Positions 1 to 10,663 of a stretch of 64,000 bases of DNA are shown here, one piece after another. Both the position numbers and the translations under genes were made by a program. Position 1 is the first letter of the stretch. Each line of letters starts with the position of its first letter. Where the stretch lies: assembly GCA_949358305.1 (NCBI GenBank), contig OX442314.1, positions 31,930,001 to 31,994,000 on the forward strand, written 5' to 3'. The notes beneath the pieces are model-generated. The model had not been told where the DNA came from and searched no databases. It worked only from the letters and a program-made list of their open reading frames with translations. This DNA is from Strigamia acuminata. Its lineage: Eukaryota.

Positions 1-1206
1 CCTTTTGACTGCCTCAGCGTTGACTTGTCTGGTCCAAAGCCGAGAACTAGAAAGAATAACACGCATATTTGTGTAATACTTGATATAGCTACACATTGGC
101 CGGAATTATTTCCAATGTGTAATCCGACCGCAATTAAAATTGCTAATTGCATATATCACTTATCAATAACTTTTGGTTTTCCAAGACAAATTATAAGTGA
201 TAATGGGCCACAATTTCGATCATTGGTCTATAAGGAATTTTGCAAAAAATTCGGAATGTCACCAAAAACGACATCAATATACCATCCACAGGCAAACCCT
301 GTGGAAAGAACAAATAGGGATATTAAATACATGGTTTCAATTTATTTAGATATTCACGACCAATGGGATGAATATCTACGCGAATTCGCATTCAGTTTAA
401 GAACGACTGTAACAAGAGGCAGAGATTATTCTCCTGCTTTCTTGAATTTTTTCCGCGAATTACGTATTCCGTGGGATCCAAGGATTCCCGACGGAATTTT
501 GGTTATTGACCCAAAAAATCCGCACTTGTATGTGCAGAAATTAGAAGCAATTATCGCGGAGACGTATCAACATATGATGTCTCATATTTTGGATTTAAGG
601 CGTCGAGTCGATGCCGAAAAATCAGACAAAAAATTCGATAATTTCAGACAAAACGATTTAGTCTGGAGAGAGTCACATATTCTCTCAAATGCCGCAAAAG
701 GAATTTCTGCCGGTATTTCTCCAAAAAGAACAGGGCCATACGTAATTGTAAAAAGATTGCAAGGTGGCGCCTTTCAACTTCGTCGACTAGCTGATAATAA
801 AAATTATCCAGCAGTCCACGGCACCGAATTACAGCCGTATTTTCCTAAGTTCAACCAAGAAATTTGGTTGGAAGGGGAAGAAGTAGGTCAAAAAACGAAA
901 AACATCGTAAATACTTTGGATGACTCACAATTGTCCAAAATTCCTATTGACACGGAATCGAATTCGATTGGAATATCGAAACCAAAAAATGACGAAGTCG
1001 CCCAAATCGATAAACGACTTGAAAATGTTTCTCTCGATGAAAATCTAGAAAAAGAAATATTTTTAGAAGATGAAACTTCATCAAAAAATAAAGAAAACTC
1101 ATCTGACACTCAAAACGACTCAGATGACAATCTAAACAAACTGGATTGTTCTTCGAAGAAATCAAAGTACAATTTGCGACCCCGCGTTCCGCGAGTCGCG
1201 AAATAA
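1..1206 (+). CDS. pol: Gypsy pol C-terminus (integrase core and GPY/F region), partial
   Basis: SVDL..SDNGPQF..VERTNR DDE motif and TGPY motif; same as the end of the 35062-39222 ORF. Confidence 0.95.
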   Translation, partial: PFDCLSVDLSGPKPRTRKNNTHICVILDIATHWPELFPMCNPTAIKIANCIYHLSITFGFPRQIISDNGPQFRSLVYKEFCKKFGMSPKTTSIYHPQANPVERTNRDIKYMVSIYLDIHDQWDEYLREFAFSLRTTVTRGRDYSPAFLNFFRELRIPWDPRIPDGILVIDPKNPHLYVQKLEAIIAETYQHMMSHILDLRRRVDAEKSDKKFDNFRQNDLVWRESHILSNAAKGISAGISPKRTGPYVIVKRLQGGAFQLRRLADNKNYPAVHGTELQPYFPKFNQEIWLEGEEVGQKTKNIVNTLDDSQLSKIPIDTESNSIGISKPKNDEVAQIDKRLENVSLDENLEKEIFLEDETSSKNKENSSDTQNDSDDNLNKLDCSSKKSKYNLRPRVPRVAK

Positions 1207-1300
1207 CTTTTCTTTCACCTTTTGAAAGTTCCCAAAAGGTTCACGAGAGCAAACTCGTGACGTCATCAATAGTCCGCTATTCGATGACAAACGTCTATAA

Positions 1301-3091
1301 GTTGTTATAATTAATGACTTTCCGGGGTTTTTCCTGTCAAAAGCGCTCCGAGCTGCCGCCGCGCAGCTCCTAGTCGACGAAAATCGACAGCTGACTCGTC
1401 AACTCGAGGCAGATGAGAACGCGCGCTGCGCACTCCCTTTCTTCCGCGAGGACGAAATTCCGGCTCCGACGCCAATCTTTTCCGCGCCGCAAGACGAGGA
1501 TTTGAGGGTGGGACGACTCCCTCCCGCTGGATCAAGCACTGGACCACAGCGACGTGAATCCAGCCGCGACCGAGAGGAGCAACAGAGGCGATCGCGCCCC
1601 TACACCACGGACGCGCCACCGAATCGTCCACCGTCGCGAAGAGGCCGAACTCCGGAGTCTTTATTCTCCTCGTCCTCCCAGAGCGTGGAATCCGACACGA
1701 CCGTCAAATCCGCACGCAGTGGCAGAACGGCGTCCACTTACAGAGTGGACAACCCCGCCATTCCATACGCAATGCGTCGTGTTGTCGGGGATATCTCCCC
1801 CGACTTTAGCGTGCCTGTGCCAGGACACGCTAGCCGCTTGCCGGAGCATGGATATGTTGCCCGCTTGCCTGCCGGAGTTAGTAACTTACAGCTCCGGCCG
1901 TTTTTCAACGAGTCTTTCGGACCCCAGTGGACCTGCTACGAGCAGCAACCCATTAGAGCGCAGCAAGAAGTGCTCAAGAAGCTGGACGCCTACCAAAGCG
2001 CCCAGCTAGCCGAATCACAGAAGGATTGGCAGAGACTAGCTGAAAGGCTAGAACTCTCCGACATCAAAACGATTGATGATCCCCGTCTGATGGATTTTCA
2101 GCGTCAGCTGATTTCGGGGATGACCAGGGTGTTGTACCCTGGTGTTCTTCCTTCGCCAGGACAGGCGTTGGCGGCCATTACCTACCTGTGGACCGCCCCG
2201 ATGGGCCTGTCGGAGGATAAAGTCGAGTTGTGGTACCACATCAGACTGGACCCGCCTACGATTCTAGCCGAATTAATAAAGCAGATCGTAGCAAACGGCG
2301 AAACTGAAGAAGAAGCCGCCGTTCGGTTGAGGACCGAATGGTCATTTGCGAAGGCCACGGCGCAGCAGGCTCGAAGTGTTCCGCCTCCCGCTACCTGCGC
2401 CACAGCAGCCGCGTCATTAGCTGCTTTCCAGTCGGCTCAAGAAGCGCCTGGATGTTCTTTTTGGGCGGAGAACCGAAGAAGTTCTCAAACTCCATCCGGA
2501 GTTCAAGCGGTGACGATGCCCCGCATGCTCCCAGGTGCTGGTCGAGCCCAAGGACGAGGGAATTTGCCCTCGCCAACCTCCGCACCCGCGTTGGTTTTTG
2601 CTGGTTCGCTGAGCCAGTTCGACGACGTCGGAGAAGAGGACTCACGTCCGCCGCCGCCGCCGCCGTCAGTCAAGCCAATGAAGAAGGAATCGGCCTTCAA
2701 AACGTTGATGCGGTTGTATCCGCATTTTTACTTAACGCCGGACACACGGACGGTGTTAAGTAACGACAGTCAACTCTCGAGGCGAGTGTTTATGTGGCTC
2801 GAAGACCACATCCGGGTGTTGAGCCCTCCGTCGATTCTCCATGATCGGCTCCTGAAGGCGCGATTGGCGCCAATGGATCCAATTGAGTTCGCGGCCATGG
2901 GGTTCTTCAACCGAGCCAATTCCGCAAGGATCCTCCAGGTTTGGCTTCACGTCAACCCTGGAATGGTCTCCGGACCAAACGCAGGTCGCGACCTGTGTAT
3001 CGTCAACGAGCGATCAGATCCGCGGAACAACGCCACGGACATGATGCGCCCGTCGACGCCTGAGAAGAGTCAGGGCATGGACGAATCTTAA
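1301..3091 (+). CDS. Gypsy ORF3, unknown function, not env-like
   Basis: Frame is open from the TAA at 1298-1300 to the TAA ending at 3091 (~596 codons; the track starts it at TTG 1502). Lies between pol and the PPT; GC-rich; no obvious signal peptide or TM anchor. Confidence 0.8.
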   Translation, partial: VVIINDFPGFFLSKALRAAAAQLLVDENRQLTRQLEADENARCALPFFREDEIPAPTPIFSAPQDEDLRVGRLPPAGSSTGPQRRESSRDREEQQRRSRPYTTDAPPNRPPSRRGRTPESLFSSSSQSVESDTTVKSARSGRTASTYRVDNPAIPYAMRRVVGDISPDFSVPVPGHASRLPEHGYVARLPAGVSNLQLRPFFNESFGPQWTCYEQQPIRAQQEVLKKLDAYQSAQLAESQKDWQRLAERLELSDIKTIDDPRLMDFQRQLISGMTRVLYPGVLPSPGQALAAITYLWTAPMGLSEDKVELWYHIRLDPPTILAELIKQIVANGETEEEAAVRLRTEWSFAKATAQQARSVPPPATCATAAASLAAFQSAQEAPGCSFWAENRRSSQTPSGVQAVTMPRMLPGAGRAQGRGNLPSPTSAPALVFAGSLSQFDDVGEEDSRPPPPPPSVKPMKKESAFKTLMRLYPHFYLTPDTRTVLSNDSQLSRRVFMWLEDHIRVLSPPSILHDRLLKARLAPMDPIEFAAMGFFNRANSARILQVWLHVNPGMVSGPNAGRDLCIVNERSDPRNNATDMMRPSTPEKSQGMDES

Positions 3092-3130
3092 ATTGGATTC
3101 GTTCATTTCTCTCCATGTAAGATTCGTCTT

Positions 3131-3143
3131 AAATGGGGGGATG
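3131..3143 (+). promoter_or_regulatory. Polypurine tract of the Gypsy element
   Basis: aaatggggggatg immediately before the 3' LTR start TGTGGTG. Confidence 0.75.
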
Positions 3144-4097
3144 TGTGGTGATCTCAAATATTTCACCAACTTAGAAGATAAATTAATTGTGTCTTCTAAT
3201 TAATTTGACTGTGGCACACGCCAAGTCGAATCATGTGACGAAGGGGAGGAAACTTCCCTAGGCACATATCATCCCAGGTTGGCTGGGGTGAAAACGGTAA
3301 TTAACCGTTATGGTGCAATATTGGGCAATAATCCTTTGTTGCACCAGTTTCAGCTAATTGCGCAGATTATCTGCGCAATATTGAAGCGTGCCGGGCTCGC
3401 GCCCTAGCTTCAATCGGGACTCTAATCACAACATCACAACCCACAACATCACTGCGATATTTGCTCCGACAATACGTATTGACAGTGGACCGTGATACGA
3501 TTAGTTTTACCTGCTATTTTTGTACAAGAAACGTACAAAGCCAGCAATTCAGCTTGAATTAGCCGTCGCTAATTCCAGCCATCGAGAAGAAGAAGTTTCC
3601 CGACGATCGTGAACCATCGCCGTCGCTGCCGCGCGAACGCCAGCCACCGCCATCGTACGAGAGCCGGACGCCTGTAGCCGTCAACCACCGCCATCGAGCC
3701 GTCGCACGAGCCGCAGAAGGACCCACGAGAACCATCGTCGCCAGGACCATCGTTCGTGAGTCGATTAACGAAGACATTTTGCCTTCGTAACAACTCCAAG
3801 TTGTTAAGCGCCATCGCCGCGCTTTGTAGCTCGTAACAGTCGTTACGAGCCCTCCATTGTTTTTCCCGCTCATTATTTTGCGACATTGTCGCTTCGTATT
3901 ATCTTTACTAGTCATTGTAATTTAACTGAATAAATATATTGTGAATTTTATTGATAAAAACTGTCTTTTTATTCCTATTCTTATAAATTAACCCTAGATA
4001 ATTTTCGGCCGCGATATAAGTCTTATTTTAGCATTCACCTGCGGTTTCCGAGCATATTAATTAGTAATTTGTTCGAAATAACCCGGATCGCAGCACA
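3144..4097 (+). repeat. Gypsy 3' LTR (954 bp)
   Basis: TGTGGTGATC...GATCGCAGCACA termini; homologous to 30992-31944. Confidence 0.93.
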
Positions 4098-4668
4098 ATT
4101 ATTATTGCAATAAAAAAACTTGCAAATGTAAACAAACCTTAGAAAATATTTATTACCACACTATTGTGCATGAAACACACGGAAAATGTAATATATCTTG
4201 CGCTAGCTGATAGTTTCGATTAGACCACAACAGACCACCAAAACTATCCAATGTCTCAAATGTCGGCAGTGTCGTCGGGTTAGCAGTGGGAATGTCCTTT
4301 CTTTCTCATATTTAGTTTTCGAATCAATCTTGGTGGCCAACTTGTCCAAACTAGAGCTGCATCAAATTGGACCAAAAGTTAAGCACGTTTGTTACCTGTT
4401 GTCATCCCAGAATGCAGTGCGGCTATATATTATGTTGCACTGTAAGCGATCAATGCCCTTTTGTGCCGTGCCTTGCGAGTTTGGAGACCTAACCTAACCT
4501 AATTCAAATTTTAATATTAACACCCTCCCCCAAATAGTGACCAAGAAAACGATCATGCGGAAAAGGAAAAGAATCGTTACGCCTGGTGCAGTGGCAGCGA
4601 TCGGTAATGGGCGGATGATTGGTAGTGTCGCTGTAGAAAATAATACATGCGCGTGGGATAAGCTACTA

Positions 4669-4988
4669 CAGTTTGCGCCCGATATGTTGATGCTAAATTC
4701 GTACTGCGCATCCTATATTCTGCGCAGAGAATTTTCCAATTCCAGTTGTTATTTAGCAGTAGTTAGCCTAATATTAGGCCTAATAATGCTAAAATAAAGC
4801 AAATAAACAACAATAAACTCATCATTAAAAGTAACTTACAAAATATTTTTGTTTATTTACCTTATTTTAGCATTATTAGGCCTAATATTAGTCTTAATAC
4901 TGCTAAATAACAAATTGAATTGGAAAACCGTCTGCGTAGAATGTGATTCGCAGTAGGAATTTAGCATCAAGACACTGGGCGCGAATTG
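4669..4988. mobile_element. Foldback MITE (~320 bp), Tc1/mariner-like, TA TSD
   Basis: ta|CAGTTTGCGCCC...GGGCGCGAATTG|ta with ~140-bp imperfect inverted arms (e.g. ttaggcctaataatgctaaaataa / ttattttagcattattaggcctaa). Confidence 0.7.
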
Positions 4989-6599
4989 TAGGTTTGGTCT
5001 ATGTTTTGTTTTTGCTTGGCATGTTATTTATTTAAACAAAGTTTCAAATTGTATTATATACGTATATTGGCTACACAAGTATATATTCAAATCTGATTTT
5101 TGAGATTAATGTTTGAATAAGTTTCTAGAGTAATGTGACCACAGAATAATACAGAATGGCCACTTCACCGCCATCTTGAATATGGACGAAGCCAATCGGC
5201 GACACAACTCCCTGGTGGTGGCGATGGTGGTTACACTAGCAGACAACGTTATATAGTTATATATGGTAGTTATGGTTTTACATGTTATGTTTTGCCAATA
5301 TTTGCATGACATTCGCTTGTGATGTAATTTTTCTAAAGAATTTTTGGCAGAAAAATAAACAATTGTATCTTTTGTCAGTTTCCTGCATTCGTTTTTATTT
5401 TCATCACTTTTTAAATGTCAAAATCAAAGGGGCACCATTGCTTTGCTATTGGATGCATAAGCAATAGAGAAGCATGTCCAGGATTATCTTTTTTTTTCGA
5501 TTTTCTAATGAAAAGGATGCTTTGAGATAATATAATAATTAATTCTTAGTAATGAAATAAATTTTATTAAAAATTAAAATTAAAAATTTTAAAACTAATT
5601 GTATTTTTTTATGAAATATTAAATTAAATTTTATTCCAAATAAAAAGGATGCTTTGAAAGTAATTTAATAATTAATTCCAATGCAAAAAGTTCAAATTAT
5701 TTGTTTTGTACTTTTTTTTTAAGATAAAAATTCATAGAAATTAATGAAAAAATAAGAAATGTATCAAATAAGTAAAGAAAATACTGATAAACTACTAGTC
5801 AGTGAATAAATACATAGTTTAGCAAACATATCTTCGAGTAATTATTTTTTGAACTCCATTTGAAACTTCCAAACAAAAATTTAAAGCCATTCCCTGCTTG
5901 TTTGTTGTCTGTTGCCATATAAACCACCATCGCTGCCACTGGTCGCGCTGCAGTCGTTGTGACGCAACAATGACTTCAGTCAACATCAAACGCGGTGGGC
6001 GGAGTGGTCATTCTGTGTTATTCTGTGATGTGACAATAAATTTGTTACTTACCGTTACCACGCAATCAGCACACGTTCATTTTTAACACGTCATTTGAAT
6101 TGACCGAGTTTGAACCTTTTGAATGAATGTCACGTGAGAGTCTATCTAAATATTAGAATAGTTCGTAATTTCAAGAAATGTTTCATCCAGTTAGGTTATA
6201 CAATTTTTACCGTTTCCACCATTTGACCTCGCTGCATCCATGCTGTTTTGCAGTCCACTATTGCCACCTGGCGAAGAAATAGTCAAACTGACAAAAACGC
6301 TCCAAAGTCTTACATTTTGCCAGTTTATTTCTCGCCATACTGCAATGGTAAAATTTAAAACAATTATGAAATATTATAAACTATATTCCTTTTTTACGGG
6401 TATTTTGTTTTACATAAACCAATAGGCCTAAGATAAATAAAGTAGAAATTAATTCCAACATTAAAGTGGGAAATGGAGTAAATAATCATCAGACCTCCAC
6501 AAATTTTAAAAATAATAATTAAAAATAGATGTATAAACACGTATAAACATGTATAAGCATACTAGAAAATTGAACGCAGCAAGACATAGACACACCGTA

Positions 6600-7115
6600 T
6601 GTGAAAACCGACACGATTTTACACGTTTTAATTATTATTGCCATTGTTTATTTGTTTTTTATAATGATGTGAAATTTTGATATATTGTTGATTTTAATTG
6701 TTCATTGATCGTTGTATTAATTTGATTTGATGAGTTATTGATTTTGATTACATTTTATTTTAAACCCTTTTGAAATTGTATTTGTTTAGTTAAAAATAAT
6801 TGTTTTTCACCTTAAACCACTTATCTTTTCCATTCCAAGAATTCACCTACTTTTAAATGTGTAACCAATTATCTTGTGCTCCCTTTTTGGAGCGCGTCAT
6901 CTTTTCTCTGTGCGCTTTACTTGTAGCACAGAAGCGTTAGTCATTTCCTTTTTGTACATTTAATTATCGTTGTTTTAAAGAAAGAATAAACCAATCTTGA
7001 AGAAGTTTTGAACCAACAAGTCGACTTTTTTATTTCTCAAAAACTACATTTTAATTTGAAGTCATTATTGTTATTCAGGGAACTAATTATCCGCAATACC
7101 TTATTGCATTTCAAA
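6600..7115 (+). repeat. BEL/Pao 5' LTR
   Basis: TGTGAAAACC...TTTCAAA; about 4 substitutions versus the 3' LTR. Confidence 0.95.
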
Positions 7116-7117
7116 TT

Positions 7118-7135
7118 TGGTGCCGAAACCCGGGA
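7118..7135 (+). promoter_or_regulatory. Primer-binding site, tRNA-Phe type
   Basis: TGGTGCCGAAACCCGGGA, 2 nt after the LTR, complementary to the eukaryotic tRNA-Phe 3' end. Confidence 0.85.
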
Positions 7136-9990
7136 AACATCTAAGTAATTCCACACATCATACGCTCAACCACAAAATGGTGCGCGTATACGAGATAAAG
7201 AGGCGAGCGCTCACGACGGCCATTGCTACTGCCAACGCCCTAATGACCACTATCACCACGGGAGTCAACAACGCAGCCCTATTGTCGAAGGACGAACTCG
7301 CCCTTTGGTCGCAACAACTCAACCAAAAATTACTAAGAGCACAAAAATCGTTTGAAGTCTGTTTGGAGCAAGCCAAGTCGGAACACGAGATCGATGAAAC
7401 AATGGGCGATATGGATGCGACAGAAGACAGAGCAGTCGCTACAAAGGCAACGATAGACAGGTACATTCGAATAAATTACCCGCCTGTTCCACCTGTAGTC
7501 GACGCTCCGCTACCCGCACCCAAGCCGATTGACCACGACGCGCTCGTCGCAGCCGTGACCGCCGCTGTGACCGCCACCGCTCGAGCCACTCCGCCGCCTG
7601 TAATCCACCAAAACGTAAGAAGAAAACCGTTAGAAATCCCCAGGTTCGATGGGAAACGACCCGAGGACTGGGGAGGTTTCTGGAAGACTTTTTGCGTGCA
7701 AGTCGCGGACGACGTGACGCTCGACGAGGAGCAAAAACTGCTGCACTTACGTGCTCACCTGCTCGGCGACGCGATGGAGGAAATTAGAACACTCGAAATA
7801 AACGCCGCTAACTACGCCGTAGCTGTAAACCGACTGACGAAAAAATACTGTGACCGGGCAGTGTTGGAAAACAGGTTTTTGTCTAACTTATTAAATTTGC
7901 CAATCATTAGTAGTGAACGAGACATTGTTGGACTACAAAAACTTCACTGGCACGTGGAAATAAACGTGGAAAACTTGTCGAATATCGAAGTTCCGCTCGT
8001 AGAAATCCAACGGATGCTGTTCCCCGTCCTGGCCGCAGCCATTCCGAGAACCGTGATGCGCAAATATGATGACGACTGCGAGGGCGAACGATTGGTAATC
8101 AGATTAATGTCGTGGGTACGAGAATTTTTATTAAAGGAGAATCGATACGAAATGATGATAAACCAACAAAAAACGATCAAAACACCCGCGCTAACTGACC
8201 CGGCCAAAGGAAGTGGAGATTCGAAGGGAAAGTCACATCGACGCAGAGGAGGAGCCAAGGAGAGCTCCGTAAACTCACTCTCGGTGGTAATGAATAAATG
8301 TCAATTCTGCTCTTCCAGTGAACACAGCCGAAAAACGTGCCCACTCTCAGTGGAAGAGTGAAGAAGGAAAATTCAAGCGCAAGGAACATGCATGAGATGT
8401 TTAGGCAAAACACCCCATAAAACTGAGGAATGCCGCACCACCATGAAGTGCTTTTGATGCGAAGGCCTACATCACACTCAAATCTGCGATCAACCACGAG
8501 TCAACCCGATCGACAACAATGCGTCAAAAACACACGCCTCTGCAGTCGTGAGTAGAAACAATCGAAAATACGAGTTTTTAATGGTGATGATGGTGAATGT
8601 GATTGGTGAAAAAATAACGAAACCAGCCGTGTGCTACGTCGATGGCGGGGCACAACGGACATTCATAAGAACTGACTTGTCAAGAAAATTAAATCTAAAA
8701 ATTATAGGAATCGAGCAAATGACTTTATCCGTGTTTGGTCGCGAGCCGACGACTGGAGTCCACAACAAGGTGGAGTTAACTCTCACTCCAACGCACGCCG
8801 ACGCGCCTCGCATTACAATCGAAGCAGTAGAGATCTTACACGTGACGTCGACGCCTTGCGAAGTCCCGAATGAATACTTAGGCAAAAAATTAGAGGAGAA
8901 GGGAGTCCGAGTGACATGCAAACAAGTGGCCCTACACTCCGACGAGGTGGATCTGCTGATCGGAGTCGATAATTACTGGAAAATTACAACAAAAAGAACG
9001 GAATTCATCGAAGACAACCTGATAGCAGTCAACACAAATTTTGGGTGGACACTGCATGGACAGACTACCAATGGCGTTCACATCCTGGCGTCAACAGTGA
9101 GGACAAATCGAATAACTCTTGTACGCTCCACAGATGACATTATGAAGAATCTCTGGGAATTGGAGACCATTGGAGTCCAGCATGAATCGATCACAGATAC
9201 GGACGAAACTGAAGTTTTGCGCAAGTTCAACGAGTCGATACGATGGACTGGAACCAACTACTCAGTCGGACTGCCCTGGATCGTCGACAGTCACGAGCTC
9301 GAAGACAACTTCACTGTTGCCGAGCAACGCTTCTTGAACCTGCTCAGAAAATTTCAACGACAGCCCAATTTATATTTAGAATATAAGAAGGTTATCGAGG
9401 AACAGCTGGAACAGGGCATCGTGGAAGAAGTGACCGGAGAGACGTCCAATCCAATTTATTACATGCCACACAGGCCAATAATAAAAGAAGAGCTAGTCAC
9501 AACAAAACTGAGGATCGTGTTCGACGCGTCAGCCCATCGGAAGGGACAGCTATCACTAAACGATTGCCTATCTAAAGGTATAAATTTTTTGCCATTCCTA
9601 ATTGTTGTGTTGATGAAGTTTAGACTACGAAAAATCGCTGAGACGTCGGATATTCGCAAGGTGTTCCACATGATCGAAATTGAAGTCAAAGATCGAGACG
9701 TGACACGCTTTCTATGGGTTTGCGCAGACTGGGACGGAACGGGACGAGCCAAAATTCGAATACTACGCCAAACACGTGTTTTTTTCGGCGCAGCACCCAG
9801 CCCTTTCCTTCTGAATGCGACCATCAAGCGCCACATCAAGATCTACCAAGACAAATACCCCGCTACATACGAATTACTTTGTCGATTTTTATACGTGGAC
9901 GATTTGATCACGTCGGTGGATGACATTGACCAAGCAGTAAAGACATTCGAACAAGCTCGCGAAATGCTCGCATCGGCCGGCATGCAACTA

Positions 9991-10663
9991 CCGTCTTCCC
10001 CCGAACATAACGTCATGACGTTATATTCAAGTTTTTTCGAAAATCGCTGTTTTCGAAAGTTTTAGCGATTTCTCGAATATAACGTCACTTCCAATATAAC
10101 GTCATGACGTTGTATTCGAATACAACGTCATGACGTTATATTCGAGTGCATTGACGGGTGCGATGCCGGGAAGCATTGCAGGTGCGCTTTTAACGGGCGC
10201 AATGCCGAAAAAACAAATTCGACACGAATTTTGACAAGAATTGGACACGAATTGGATACGAATTAAACACAAATTATCAGGGCCGTGTCGACCTATGAGG
10301 CGAAGAGGCGGCCGCCAGGTGGCCATGCCGTGGTATGTAAATTTACCAAGGCATGGCCACCTGGCGGCCGCCTCTTCGCCTCATAGGTCGGCACGGCCCT
10401 GCGAATTATACACGAATTGGACACGAATTGTAAAACGAATTGTACACGAATTGTAAAACAAATTGTACACGAATTTGACACGTATTGTAAAACAAATTTG
10501 GCACGAATTGTCCAATTTACATGCTCAATTTCTGATTTTTCTGATTTTTCAAAAGTTGCATGAAAAAGTACGAATATAACGTCATGACGTAGTGTTTGAA
10601 TAAAACGTCAGGTGTCGTTGTATTCGAACACAACGTCATGACGTTATGTTCGGGGGAAGACGG
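9991..10663. mobile_element. 673-bp MITE (Tc1/mariner/pogo-like, TA TSD) inside BEL RT
   Basis: TIR CCGTCTTCCCCCGAACATAACGTCATGACGTT at both ends, TA duplicated (9989-90, 10664-65), repeated subterminal AACGTCATGACGTT palindromes and internal acacgaattg repeats. Confidence 0.92.
10278..10401. mobile_element. 124-bp near-perfect hairpin mini-element nested in the MITE, hAT-like
   Basis: CAGGGCCGTG...CACGGCCCTG with ~58-bp arms; flanks caaattat/cgaattat (7/8, possible 8-bp TSD). Confidence 0.65.

Larger units (their letters stand above)
1..4097 (+). mobile_element. 3' part of Ty3/Gypsy LTR retrotransposon (integrase, ORF3, PPT, 3' LTR), cut by the window edge
   Basis: Matches 38017-42113 of the full element. 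Confidence 0.95.

Noticed and set aside
1502..3091. ORF3 as an envelope gene
   Set aside because: The position fits, but no signal peptide, fusion peptide or TM anchor is visible.
4488..4502. (AACCT)n as an insect-type telomeric TTAGG repeat
   Set aside because: Only about three units; too short to interpret.
7118..7135. tRNA gene fragments here and at 31945-31962
   Set aside because: Only 18-nt complements next to LTRs, i.e. primer-binding sites.
7117..7176. ORF-track start of BEL gag at TTG 7117
   Set aside because: It overlaps the PBS; ATG 7177 is the plausible start.
8359..8457. Programmed readthrough or selenocysteine at the BEL TGA codons
   Set aside because: The element has other lesions (MITE, RNase H D to N); simple CGA to TGA decay is enough.
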